Below are positions 34,115-47,125 of a DNA stretch of 64,000 nucleotides, piece after piece. The notes below the pieces were generated by a model. That model did not search any database and was not told where the DNA came from. It saw only the letters and a list, made by a program, of their open reading frames with translations. The position numbers were made by a program, and so were the translations under genes. The DNA comes from Sphyrna mokarran (Eukaryota), in contig JAGIQG010000009.1 in NCBI GenBank assembly GCA_024679065.1, positions 85,808,001 through 85,872,000 of the forward strand, given 5' to 3'. Each line of letters starts with the position of its first letter. Position 1 is the first letter of the stretch.

Positions 34115-36241
34115 ACATAGAACATAGAACACTACAGCACAAACAGGCCCTTCGGCCCACAAGTTGTGCCGATCATACCCATACCTACCAGGCCATAGAA
34201 CTATCTATAACTCCCAATCCCATTTAATCCCATGTACTCATTCAGAAGTCTCTTAAAAGACCCCAGTGAGTTTGCCACTACCACCACTGACGGCAACTGA
34301 CTCCATTCACTCACCACCCTCTGAGTGAAAAACTTACCTCTAACATCTCCTCTGTACTTGCCCCCCAGCACCTTAAACTTGTGTCCTCTCGTAGCGACCA
34401 TTTCAGCCCTGTGAAATAGCCTCCGAGAATTCATTCTGTCTATTCCTCTCAATATCTTATAAACCTCTATCAGGTCACCTCTCAACCTTCGTCTCTCCAG
34501 GGAGAAGAGACCTAGCTCTCTCAACCTATCTTCATAAGGCATGCCCCCCCAATCCAGGCAACATCCTTGTAAATCTCCTCTGCACCCTCTCAGTAGCTTC
34601 CACATCCTTCCTATAGTGAAGTGACCAGAACTGAACACAATACTCCAAGTGGGGTCCGACTAGGGTCTTATAAAGTTGCAGTATTACCTCCCGACTCCTA
34701 AACTCAATTCCTCTATTAATGAAGGCCAGTACATCATATGCCTTCTTGATCACTTCCTCCACTTGCAGGGCAGATTTAAGAGTCCTATGGACCGGACCCC
34801 AAGATCCTTCTGCTCCTCAACACTGCCAAGATTCCTACCCTTGATATAATACTGCTTCATCCCATTGGTCCTGCCAAAATGGACCACCACACATTTATCC
34901 GCGTTGAAGTCCATCTGCCACTTCTCCGCCCAGTCTTGCATCCTATCTATGTCTCGCTTCAGACATTACTCCAGACTATCAACAACACCACCAACCTTCG
35001 TATTGTTGGCGAACTTACTAACCCATCCCTCCACTTCCTCATCCAGGCCATTTATGAAAGTGACGAACAGCAAGGATCCAAGAACAGATCCCTGGGGGAC
35101 TCCACTGGTGACTGACCTCCATGCAGAAGAAGACCCATCCACAAGACCCCTGAGGCACACCACAGGGGCCCCTGCTGTTTGTAATTTTTATAAATGATCT
35201 GGATGAGGGTACTGAGGGATGGATCAGTAAATTTGCAGATGACACTAAAGTCGGTGGAGTGGTAGATAGTGAAGAGGGGTGTTATAGTTTGCAGAGGGAC
35301 TGGGACAAGTTGCAGAGCTGGGCCGAGAGGTGGCAAATGGAGTTTAATGTGGAAAAGTGTGAGGTAAGGCACTTTGGCAGGAACAATAAATGTGTAGAGT
35401 ATAGGGCTAATGGTAGGGCTCTTAATAGTGTTGAGGAACAGAAGGATCTTGGTGTATGTGTCAATAGATCCCTGAAAGTAGGCAGTCAAGTGGATAAAGT
35501 TGTTAAGAAGGCATATGGAGTCTTAGCTTTTATTGGTAGGGGGATTGAATTTAGAGGCCGCAGCATCATGTTGCAACTGTACAAAACTCTAGTGTGGCCG
35601 CACTTGGAATATTGTGTGCAGTTCTGGTCGCCACATTATAAGAAAGATGTGGAGGCATTGGAGAGGGTACAGAGGAGGTTTACCAGGATGTTGCATGGTA
35701 TGGAGGGCAGGTCCTATGAAGAGAGGTTGAAGGATTTGAGGTTGTTTTCGTTAGAAAGGAGGCGGCTAAGAGGGGATCTTATTGAAGCATATAAGATGAT
35801 TAGAGGTTTAGATAGGGTGGACAGTGATAGCCTTTTTCCTAGGATGGAGAAAGCTAGCACGAGGGGACACAGCTTTAAATTAAGGGGTATGAGTTATAGG
35901 ACGGATATCAGAGGTAGGTTCTTTACTCAAAGAGTGATTAGGGAGTGGAATGCCCTGCCTGCAGCTGTTGTAGATGCGCCAAGTTTGGTGGCGTTTAAGA
36001 GGTTAATTGATAAGTATATGGAAGAGCAGGGAATGGTTTAGTTTGGAGGGGCATTGCTTTTTATTTTGGTCGGCACAACATCGAAGGCCGAAGGGCCTGT
36101 TCTGTGCTGTAGTGTTCTATGTTCTAACTACTCTCAGCCTTCTGCAGGCAAGCCAGTTCTGGATCCACAAGGCCAAAGCCCCTTGGATCCCATGCCCCCT
36201 CGCTTTCTGATGAAGTCTTGCATGGGAGACCTTATCAAACA
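34115..36241 (-). mobile_element. CR1 inserted in an HE1-type SINE (TSD GTTTGA)
   Basis: GTTTGA at 34109-34114 and 36242-36247; SINE head before the insert and SINE body after it. Confidence 0.85.
35145..36126 (+). mobile_element. Young CR1 family A insertion with a short 5' inversion
   Basis: Intact RT C-terminal ORF 35259-36041; 35145-35163 is an inverted piece of the upstream consensus. Confidence 0.9.
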
Positions 36242-36642
36242 GTTTGATTCCAGGTTTCTGAGTAGAGTTTATGTATTCTCCCCATGTCTGCATGGGTTCC
36301 TTCCGGTTTCCTTCCACAATCCAAAGATGTGGTGGTTAGGTGGATTATCAATGCTAAATTGCCCCTTGGTGTCAGGAAGATTAGCTAAAGTTTGGGGTTT
36401 TGGGGATAGGGTCAGTGTGCAATTGTTATCAGTGTAGACTCGATAGCTGAATGGCCCCCTTCTGCATTATAGGTTTCCATGATAATCTATGAAAAAAACC
36501 ATAAATCTCTAATCCCTCTACATTTCCATCCCTCAGCAAGGGGCGGTTTCAGTGGTCTCCACTTCTTCTTTGAACAGAGACCTAAATAATTCCCACCCAT
36601 CACCACTCTCCTCTGTCTGGCTGAACTTGTTCTGTCACTTAA

Positions 36643-36990
36643 TCCAGGTCTTACATCCCAAATATCAATTTCCCAATTTTATCAAATGGATAGAATGTCA
36701 GATTACAATGCTCTGTTAGCTTCCATTTTTTTGATGTACTGAAGCTGCCTGTACTCTGACCTTCAACCTCAGCAATCCAACTCTGAAATCTGTTTTTTGG
36801 ACTTTGAAACTTGATCTCAGTAAAATGCTGGTGTTTCTATTGGACAGAAAGTGTTTGAATCTAAAGTAGAAGGTAGCCTGCATAGAGGGAGTTTACCCAG
36901 ATACTGATAATCTGGAAAACACTGAGTTTTCATAAGTGTTAGTAATTATATGTTCATCAGAAAGAGATTACAGGATGGTAAATGTTTCAA
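36643..36990 (-). mobile_element. Partial copy of the MITE-like element at 47537-48111
   Basis: 36651-36790 matches the reverse complement of 47755-47890; 36880-36960 matches the TIR arm. Confidence 0.7.
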
Positions 36991-37759
36991 TCAAACTGAT
37001 AATTTGTATTCAATGTATCTTTTAAGTGTTTTGTTTGAATCTTTTAATTTTTGAACACTGGAATATGATATTCATTAGGTTCAATCTTGGGCTGAACCTT
37101 CTGGTGAGGATGTTTATGACTTAAGCAGTCCCTTGGGATGGACAATGACTTGCATTCACTCTTGTTTTGAGAGATTCTGAGAAGGCTATTCAGTGCATAA
37201 AGCCTGGCTATGGTAAGATTGTTGCCAATTCATGCCAATCCAGCGAACCTACACATCTTTGGAGTTTGGGAGGAAACCGGAACACCTGCAGGAAACCCAC
37301 ACAGACACAGGGAGAATATGGAAATTCCACATAGGTGGTGACCCAAGGCTGGAAATGAATCCGGATCTCTGGCATTCTGTGGCAGTAATGCTGACCACTG
37401 TGTCACCAACCTTGGAAGATGATCACCAATGCATCCATTATTTCTAGGATCACTTCCTTAAGTATTCTGGGAACCATCAATCTCACCAGGTACTCCAACA
37501 TCATTTCACTACTAATACTGATAGAACATAGAACACTACAGCACAAACAGGCCCTTCGGCCCACAAGCTGTGCCAATCATATCAGTACCTACCAGGCCAT
37601 AGAACTATCTGTAACTCCCAATCCCATTAAATCCCAAAAAACCCCAGTGAGTTCGCTTCCACCGCCACTGACAGCAGCCGATTCCATTCACTCGCCACCC
37701 TCTGAGTGAAAAACTTACCCCAACATCTCTGAGTGAAAAACTTACCCCTAACATATTCT

Positions 37760-39880
37760 TCTGTTCCTCCCTCTCACTAAATCCTGGGTTCCCCAATATT
37801 TTCCCCAATATGTTATTTATTTCCACCTTTGTGAAGACAGAACCGAAGTATGTATTAAGTTAGTCAGCCATTTCTTCGTTCCCCCATAATAAATTCTCTT
37901 ATAATGGACCTACATTTGTCTTCACCAATCTTTTTGTCCTCACATACTTGTAGAAACTTTTAGTCATTTTGCACAAGATTACTCCCATATTCTATTTTCT
38001 CTTTTTAATCAATCCCTTTATCTTTCTTTGCTGAATTTTAAACTTCTCCCAATCCTCAGGTCTGCTGTTTTTCTTCTGACCAATTTGAATGTCTCTTCCC
38101 TGGATCTAATATTATCTCTGATTTCCCTTGTAAGCCATGATTTGACTAACATTCCTATTTCACTTTTTTACCAATAGGAATGAACAATTGATGCAGTTCC
38201 CCCATGCACTCTTTGAACGTTTGCCATTGCCTACCCACTGTCATCCCTTTAAGAAAAGTTCCCCAGTCTACCATACTCATTTTGAGCCTCATATCACTGC
38301 ATTCATTTAGATTTAGGACCTTCGACCCACAATCAATTTCTTCACTCTCCATCTTGATTAAGAATTTAATTGTGTGATGGTTGCTCAGCCCCAAGTATTC
38401 TTGCACAACTAGATTGCCAATTATTCCTTTCTCATTACACAATACCCATTCTACAATTGCTTGCTCTCTAGTTGGTTCCCCAGTATATTAGCCTTGTATA
38501 CACTCCAGAAATTCCTCCTCTATGATATTGTGAAGAATTTGATTAGCCCAATCTACATGCAGGTTAAAATCATCCATAATGACAGATATTCCTTTTTCAC
38601 ATACATCTCTAATACCTGTTTAATGCCATTACCAAAATTACCACTAGAGTTTGATGGTCTATATACAACCCCCACCCTGATATTTTTTGCCCTGATGTTT
38701 CATAGCTCTACCCGTATAAAATCCATATTGTCAGAGCTAATATCAGAATAGTGTTAATTTTCTTTTTCACTTCAAATGCCATTCCATTGTCTTTCCCTTT
38801 TTGTCCAACCTTCCTAAATACTGAATACCCTTGGGAATCCTGGGCACTCTGCAGCCATGCCTCCATAATCTTTACTATATCAGACACATTTATATCTGTT
38901 TGCATGATTAATTCATCCAATTTATTGTGAACACTCCATGTGTTCAGTCACAAAGCCTTCAGGCTCATATTTTTAACATTTCTTATCCTGTTCCCATTAT
39001 TTTTCACAGTGGCCCTTGTTTATTCCTGGCTCTTGATTTCTCTGCCCATCACTTTTCTTTCCATCTTTTGTTTTTGTCCTTGATTTTTCCCTCCTCTGAA
39101 TCTTTGCATCGGTTCCCAACCCTGCTGCCAGTTTAGTTTAAACCCTCACCAAACACTCCAGCAAATACTTCCTTCAGACTACAGTCCTGCCCAGGTGTAA
39201 CCCATCCAGTTCTACAGGTCTCACCTCTGCCAAAACTTGTTCCAATGCCCCAGGAATCTGAAACCCTCCCTCTCACACCATCTTTTCAGCAATGTATTCA
39301 CCCTATATATCCAAATATTTCTACTCTGATTAGCACATGGCACAAGTAGTAATCCTCAGATTGCTATCTTTGTGATCCTACTTTTCAGCTTGCTTTCTAC
39401 CTCCCTATCTACTGCTTTTAGGACCTTATCCCCTATTGTAGCCAGTGATGTTTGTACCAATGTCCACATGACCACTGACTACTCCTCAGAATGTCCTGTA
39501 ACTGCTCTGAGATGTCTTTGACCCTTCGCACCAGGTAGGTAACATACCATCCTAGAGCCCTGCTTGTGGCCACAGAAACACTACCTATCCCCCTTACTGA
39601 ATTCCCTATAACTATTGCATGTTTACCCATTTTGCCCCTTCCCTGTGCAGTACAGCCAATCATGGTGCAATGAATTTGGCTGTTGCTGCATTTCCCTAAA
39701 AACCCATCCCACCCAAAGCGGTATATTTGCTTTGGAAGGGAATGATCACGGGAGATTCCTGCACTGTCTGCCTAGTCATTTTCCTCTCCATGATGGTCAC
39801 CCATTCCTTCCTGCTTTGTGAAGTGTGGCCTGTGATATGACCATCTCTCTATATGTGTTACTGGTGATAGTCTTCACCTT
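37760..39880 (-). mobile_element. Old CR1 with APE and ORF1 (esterase) remnants
   Basis: LGLSNH/APE remnants and AIVIGNSVRG (degenerate GDS block). Confidence 0.7.
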
Positions 39881-39890
39881 CCAGATAGTT

Positions 39891-41155
39891 TCATTTGATT
39901 TGATTTATTATGTCACATGTATTAGTATACATGTTTTTTGCACATTATAATGACAAAGCGTACTGTACTTAGAGCTAGGGTGTAGAGAAAGATTAATTTA
40001 ATCCGAGGTAGGTCCATTCAAAAGTCTGACAGCAGCAGGGAGGAAGCTACTTTTGAGTTGGTTGGTATGTGATCTCAGACTTTTGTATCTTTTTCCCAAT
40101 GGAAGAAGGTGGAAGAGAGAATGTCCAGGGTGCGTGGCATCCTTAATTATGCTGGCTGCTTTTCCGAGGCAATGGGAAGTATAGACAGTGTCCATGGACA
40201 GGAGGCTGGTTTAAGTGATGGACTGGGCTTCATTCACAACACTTTGTAGTTTCTTGCGTTCTTGGACAGAGCAGGAACCATACCAAGTTGTGATACAACA
40301 AGAAAGAATGCTTTCTATGGTGCATCTGTAAAAGTTGCTGAGAATTGTAGTGGACATGACAAATTCCCTTTGTCTCTTGAGGAAGCAGAGGCATTGGTGG
40401 GCTTTCTTAACTGTAGTGTCCACATGGAAAGACCAGGACAGCTTGCTGGTGATCTGGACAAATAAAAACTTGAAACTCTCAAGCATTTCTCCTTTATCCC
40501 CATTGATGTAGACAGGGGCACATTCCCCACTATGCTCCCTGAAGTTGATGACTTTGTCCTTTGTTTTATTGCCATTGAGGGAGAGATTATTGTTGTTGTA
40601 CCAGGTCACCAGATTCTCTATCTCATTCCTGTATTCTGTCTCATCATTTTTGAGTTCCTACCCATGATAGTGGTGCCATCAGCAAACTTGAAAATTGAGT
40701 GGAGGGGGAATATGGTCATAGTCATATATGTAAAGGGCTGAAGACACAGCCTTGCGGGCACTGGTGTTGAGGATGATCGAGGAGGAGATATTGTTGCCTA
40801 TGCTTACTGATTGTGGTTGTGGGTTAGGAAGTCTAGGATCAGTCACAGAGGGAGGAGCTGAGTCCCAGACCATGAAGTTTGGAGTTGAGTCTCATAGGGA
40901 TAATGGTGTTAAATGCTGAGCTGTAGTCTATGAAAAGGAGTTTGACACATAGGTGTCTTTGTTATCTGGGTGTTCCAGGGTTGAGTGTAGGGTCAGGGAG
41001 ATAGTGTTCGCTGTGGGCCTGTTATATAGACAAATTGTAGTCGATCCAGGCAGCCAGGAAGCTGGAATTATTTGTTATATGACTAACCTTTCGAAGCACT
41101 TCATAATGATGGATGTCAGAGCCATTGGACAATACTCATTGAGGCACACTGCCTA
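39891..41155 (-). mobile_element. Rex1/Babar-type LINE fragment
   Basis: NNLSLNGNKTK...ESFKFL...FYRCTIESILS...HPGHSLFHLLP; (TTTGA)n tail at 39891. Confidence 0.82.
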
Positions 41156-41264
41156 GCTTTTATGGATACTGTCCTGTAGAATAGCCAATGGGCTCGAAAT
41201 GTTAACTGCATTTCTCTCCCCGCAGATGCTGACAGACCTCCTGAGTTTACCCAGCACGGAAACA

Positions 41265-41945
41265 GAGTGCAGAGGAGGTTTACCAGAATGTTGCCTGGTA
41301 TGGAAGGTCTGAGTTACGAGGAGAGGTTAGGCAAATTGGGGCTGTTTTCCTTAGAAAGACTTAGAAAGAATGGGAACAGAGGGATATAGAAAACTGATTT
41401 AAAATAGGGATCATGAGCTTTGGGAATTCCCTGGGAAGTGTGTAAATTGTCGATGATATTTATGTATTTGTTTTATCCTACAGGTATTTTGGTCCACCTT
41501 GTTGTCTAACAAGCGGCATACATGCGATGGGTCATGAGAAGACTGCTTTTGGATTTTTTTTGAGAGTATCCTAGTGCTTCATGACGTTGGTGTACGCTTG
41601 ACCTGGACCATTTGATGGGCAACACGACAGCTCAGTGACTATTGCTGTGCTGTGCAGATACATGGATTTAGGTCTGTGTCTGTGGGAGTTTGTGCATTCT
41701 CCCCGTGCTTGGGTGGGTTTTCTCCGGATGCTCCGGTTTCCTCCCACTTCCCAAAGATGTACTCTTAGGCTGACTGGCAGAACAAATTCTCCCTAAATTG
41801 TCTCAAATTTGGTTCTAATGCATAGATCTATAAACATGGACAGGTACGACAGGGATCATAGGTAGAAGTGGGAACATTGAGTGGCGGCGCGGGCTCATCG
41901 GGCCAAAGGGTCTGTTTCCCATGCTGTATTGTTCTTTGTTCTTTG
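41265..41945 (+). mobile_element. CR1 family B copy with an internal deletion
   Basis: ttagaaagac|ttagaaagaatgggaac junction skips roughly 250-300 nt present in sister copies. Confidence 0.88.
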
Positions 41946-42080
41946 TAGCTCTACAAAGTCTTCCGTCTTGTCTTTTTAACATTACCTGTCCTGTTCCCAT
42001 TATTCAACACTTTTAGATTCTAGTCCTTCTATCAGTATTACCAACTTAACAGCGACAATATTTCACCATATGCTCCTCTC

Positions 42081-43996
42081 GCCAGGATCCTCTCTATATT
42101 TTCGAGAATTGGATCCTTGGTGTCATATTTGCCCCGGAGATGAGATTCTGATCATATTCTGCCATCACTAAGACTACTGAGCTCCACCTCTGTAATGTCA
42201 GCTGATCTCACTCCTGTCTCAGCTTTTCTTCTGCCAAAACCCTTGTTCATACCTTCCCGTTGGACTTGACAACTCAACACTCTCCTTGCTGATCTCCCAC
42301 ACTCTACCTCTGGAAACTTGAGATGATCTAAAATTCCACCAGTGACATTTTTAACTTATGGCAAATCTCCTTTCCCCTATCACTTCCTGTGCTCACTGAC
42401 TGGCTCCTGGTCATGCTACAGCTCCATTTTAAAATTATCATCTTGTTTTCAAATCCCTCCATGACCTTGTCCCTTCCTATCCCTGTAAGTTCCTCCAGCC
42501 ACACAACCCTCTGAGATCTCTGAACTCCTTTAATTCTGGCCTCTTGGACATCTTGATTTAATTTCTCCACTATTGCTGTCTGCGTCTTCAACTGGTTTAC
42601 CTTAAAATCTCGAATAACTTCCATCAACCTCACTTCCTCTCTACCTAACTTTCCTCTTTTCCCCCTCACCTCACTTTCTCCCTCCCGCAACCTCCTCCCT
42701 CTCTGCCACATTTTCCCCTCCTGAGCATTTTGAGCAGGTCACTAACGTGGAATATTAAGGATTGCCTATGGGAATTATTCTACAGATTTTCGGCAAGTTT
42801 CCATAAGATTATTACTGAAAATGAGAGTGAATGGAAATGGGTATGGATAGGGTCTTTTGACTTTGGCTGGGAATAGTTTTGGGAGGTCGGAGGCAGGGAT
42901 TGGGGTTAATCGGTAAGTAATCTGATTAGTGGGATGTACAGGGTGCTTGCGCAGGGACCTGTACTGGGACCATAACTGTTCATCACATTTATAAATGTAT
43001 CAGTGAAGGAAAGTTGTGTATCAAAGTTATAAATGTTACTAAGTTCAGATGGTCAGTAAGTTGCATTGATGGGAACAGAAAGTTCCAAAGGGATATTAAC
43101 AGATAAAGTGAGTGGGTAAAACTATAACAGATTGAGTTTAATGTGGGGAAGACAGGTCACCCACTGTGGAATTTAAAAAAAATCAAACTGAATATTTCTG
43201 GCATGGTCTATAAATTCTATGGAAAAGAATCCCATAGAGCAGAAAGAGGCCATTTGGTTCTTTGGATCTGTGCTGACTCTCCAAAAAAGCAACGTACCCA
43301 GGCCCTCCTCCCTGCAACCCGCACATTTACCAGGGCTAATTCACCTGACCTGCACATCTTAGGACTCTGGGAGGAAACTAGAGAACCCAGAGGATTGGGG
43401 AATACATGCAAATTCCACACAGACAGTTACCCAAGACTGGAATTGAACGCCAGTCCCTCACACTGTGAGGGAGCAATGCTAACCACTGTGCCACTGATGA
43501 TGTGGAGATGCCAGCACTGAATTGCGGTAAACACAGTAGGAAGTCTGACAACATCAGATTTAAGTCCAACCAATTTATTTGATAGTAAACTCACAAGCTT
43601 TCAGGGTTTATCCCTTCATCTCTCCATTCACCTGACAAAGGGGCAAACCCCGAAAGCTTGGCAGTTTACTATCAAATAAATCGGTTAGAATTAAACCTGG
43701 TGTTGTCAGATTTACACTGTGCTGCCCTAGTGAGAAATTGGGAACTGCGGACAAGTCAAAAGATTTAGGTATTCAAAATATATTGGACAGTTAGAAACAA
43801 TAATTAAAGAACCAAGGGCTGGAATACGGAGGGTCGGAAGTTATGTTCCAGCTTACAGAGATCTATTTTTTCTCTATCTGGAAAACTGTGTTCAGTTTTG
43901 GGCCCTGCATATCCTATTGCCTTAAAGGTAGTGCAGCAAAGTTTCAGCAGAATGTTCCTGGGGTTAAGAGGACACGTTACACAGACTGAGCTTGCA
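42081..43996 (-). repeat. Segmental duplication copy 2 (inverted relative to 4062-5710)
   Basis: Collinear reverse-complement match, plus one extra insertion at 43497-43714. Confidence 0.9.
43497..43714 (+). mobile_element. Hairpin Penelope-like-derived element with a 5-bp TSD (CACTG)
   Basis: Absent from the paralogous site at ~4380; inverted arms; degenerate core CTGACAA-A-GGGG-CAAA-CCCC-GAAA. Confidence 0.7.
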
Positions 43997-44230
43997 GTGA
44001 AGAATAGAACTGTATCATCTAATTCCACCTTTGTAATATCACCCGACATCATCCTGTCTCAGCTCATTGACTGATGAAACCCTCACTCCATTATCCCTGG
44101 AGCTGACTATTCCAACACACTCTCATCTTCAAACCTCCATACACTTGAGGTCATTCAAAACTCAGCAGTCTGAATCTGAACCCGGGCCTGTCACTCGAGA
44201 GTTGCTGACAGGTTGACAGGTGCTGACAGG

Positions 44231-44520
44231 GGCAGTACGATGGCACAGTGGTCAGCATTGCTGCCTCACAGCACCAGGGATGCAGGTACGATTCCGGCTT
44301 GGGTGACAGTGCAGAGTTTGCATATTCTCCCTGTGTCTGCATGGGTTTCCTCTGGATGCTCCAGTTTCCTCACACAGTCCAAAAGATGTGCTGGTTAAGT
44401 GCATTGGCCATACTAAATTCTCCCTCAGTGTACCCTAACAGGTGCCAGAGCTTGGTGATTAGGGGACTTTCACAGTAACTTCGATGCAGTGTTAATGTAA
44501 GCCTAAATAAACTTTAAACT
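44231..44520 (+). mobile_element. tRNA-derived HE1/V-type SINE
   Basis: A-box tggcacagtgg, B-box-like ggtacgattcc, V-domain core. Confidence 0.8.
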
Positions 44521-44847
44521 TTACTGTAAAGATTGGGTCCCGGCTGAACAACATAGAATGCCCACAGTGCAGAAGGAAGAGTGTTTGGCCCATTAAGTCT
44601 GCACCGACCACAATCCCACTCAGGTCCCATCCATTTACCCTGCTAATCCCCCTAACAGTAAGGGACAATTTAGCATGGCCAATCAACCTAACCTGCAACA
44701 TCTTCACGTGAAAATTCTCTAGTTTTCAAATCCCTCCATGGCCTCACTGCTCCCTCTCCTCCATCCCCACAACCCTCAATCTAACTCCACTCCTGAGTGT
44801 TGGTCTCCTCAGCAATTCTGATTTTAATCGCTCCGGCATTGTTCACC

Positions 44848-45545
44848 ATAGAACCATAGAAAATTACAGCTCAGAAATAGGCCTTTTGGCTCTTCTTGCA
44901 TGTGCCGAACTATTTTTTGCCTCGTCCCACCGACCTGCATTTGGACCATATCCATGAACCCGTTCAAGTTTTTCTTAAAAAATTGGGATAGATAGAGTGG
45001 ATTCTCAGAGGCTATTTCCCAGAGCTGAAATGGTCACTATGAGAGGACACAGATTTAAGGTGCAGGGAAGCAAATACAGAGGAGATGTTAGGGGTAAGTT
45101 TTTCACTCAGAGGGTGGTGAGTGAATGGAATCAGCTGCCGTCGTTGGTGGTCGAGGCGAACTCGCTGGGGTCTTTTAAAAGACTTCTGGATGAGTATATG
45201 GGAACGAATGGGATTTGGGGTTATAGATAGGTCTATGGCTTAGTAGGTATAGATGTGATCGGTGCAACTCGTGGGCCGAAGGGCCTGTTTGTGTTGTAGT
45301 GTTCTATGTTCTACGTTAAATGTTAAAAGTGACCCCACATTTACCACTTTATCTGGCAGCTCATTCTACACTCTCTGCGTGAAGAAGCCCCTCCCTCCCC
45401 CACTAATATTCCCTTTAAACTTTTCTCCTTTCATTCTGAACCATGCCCTCCAGTTCTTTTCTCCCCTAGCTTCAGTGGAAAAAGCCTGCTTGCAATCACT
45501 CTATAAATCAATCAATCTTTTGCCCATCAAAATCTTATACACCCC
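44848..45545 (-). mobile_element. CR1 3' fragment interrupted by an opposite-strand CR1 tail (44985-45313)
   Basis: Host continues as aatgttaaaagtgacccc after the insert; same subfamily as 48190-48485(+). Confidence 0.75.
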
Positions 45546-45889
45546 TTATGAAAGGGGTTATTCCCAACGATAGTTATTTACAAACAAAAATCTGACAGAA
45601 ACAATATGCAACTATTTATTACTCCTCCCTGACTTCAACCGATGACTGTCCCCAATTTAGGACATAAACCCTTGCATGTGATTGGCTTGACTTCCTGCCT
45701 TGACACTCGATAGCGTCCAACATGATCATGTGGCCCTTACGGAACACAATCTTAAAGAGGCCACACTGAGTTCACATCTTCCGATAATAGTTTGTTATTG
45801 GACAACAAATTTTCTGAAATTGGATACACAATATGGAAGCAAGCTAAAGTTGCACTCAGCACCTCCCCACTAAAGATCACAAGGGAGTA

Positions 45890-47125
45890 GGGTGAGAAAA
45901 TAAACTCTCAAAAAATTTGTAATTATGTACACTCTTACAAGAACTTGTATTCAAGGTCTGTATGATAAAATGTGACGAGATCAGCATGTTAATCGATTAT
46001 AGCGAATGCGATCAAAGTATGTTGACCAATGTAATAGAATCAGTATGGTAATCACTTATAATCAATGGATGTAAGCAGTAACAGCCTCGGGAAGCAATGG
46101 TTATTGTTCAGTTATTCAACTTAATGTGATTATGACTAAAAATGAAAGAATGAAGTAAATATGTTCTCTTTATCATTCGGCTTAGGCTAGCTAAGCCACA
46201 ATTGTTATATAAGCAGAATTAATTGGGCAAGGACAGATTGTAACTATCATGGTTTCATGAAGCGAGTACTGCATCAATTAGTGACCAATCTGAAACGAAG
46301 CAGATAACCAGTAGGGTCAGCAACAATAGTGGTTAAAGAAATCCAACCTTGAGAATGAGATAAGGGGTCTCGGGGTGTGTAACTACAGCAAATATAAAAA
46401 GACTGTAAGCGAGTGGTTCATTGGATTGTTCCGGACATCCCGGCTCTATTCTCTTGCACTGGAGAATAAAGTCTTTTTACCTGGAAGATCAAGGCTCAGA
46501 CTCTCATTTGACCAGCTACAAGTTCGTTATCGTCCTGGGGAACCACGACAGTAGACACAGACAAGTAGGCAAAGACATGTTTTTAGAATGCAAACGAGGG
46601 CTAGCACACAGAGGGAAGAGGACAGGATGGCACCTACACAAACTAAATTAAAGTACATTCCCATCCAATCAGCACCACAAACCTAATCAAGTAAACCTCT
46701 ATGGAGACACCCTAAGGATTAACATAACTAAGGAAACCTTCCTGCCTCACAGACTTCCCAAAGTCAGTCAAATACCCATTGTTCAAACCCCAGAGATTCT
46801 AGACCATTGATAAACCCATCAGACAGGAAACGATTAACACACACTTAAAATCATCGATACAATACTTGAAAACATCGAAACAGAATGGTCAGGGTCAAAT
46901 ACTGTAAACAAAACATTAGCATTTGAATTGTACAATGTATTGAAGTTTAGGTATAACTGTAACCCACTGTGGCGGGCCTTTAGAGTATTTTTGGGACAGT
47001 TCTGTTTGTGTATCCTGACTGCACCTTCATCGACATAAAAAATAAAGCTATCCCGCTGTTGAACCTAACCCTGAGTCCGCAGTAGTCGCGTCCATCCACT
47101 CGGACCAACAAGTTCATCCACAACA
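45890..47125 (+). mobile_element. Putative LTR-like sequences (possibly two, one nested or in tandem)
   Basis: TATAAAA 46393, AATAAA 46465 and ...GACA end 46550; second AATAAA 47041 and ...CAACA end 47125; no clear TSD. Confidence 0.45.

Larger units (their letters stand above)
33838..36642 (+). mobile_element. Penelope-like element RT relic (33838-34060 and 36511-36642), split by a SINE and two CR1 insertions
   Basis: RFYLLPKIHEQDCPRRPI...SCPTEL...SLPTYIR, resuming as SLYISIP...LAELVLSL. Confidence 0.75.
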
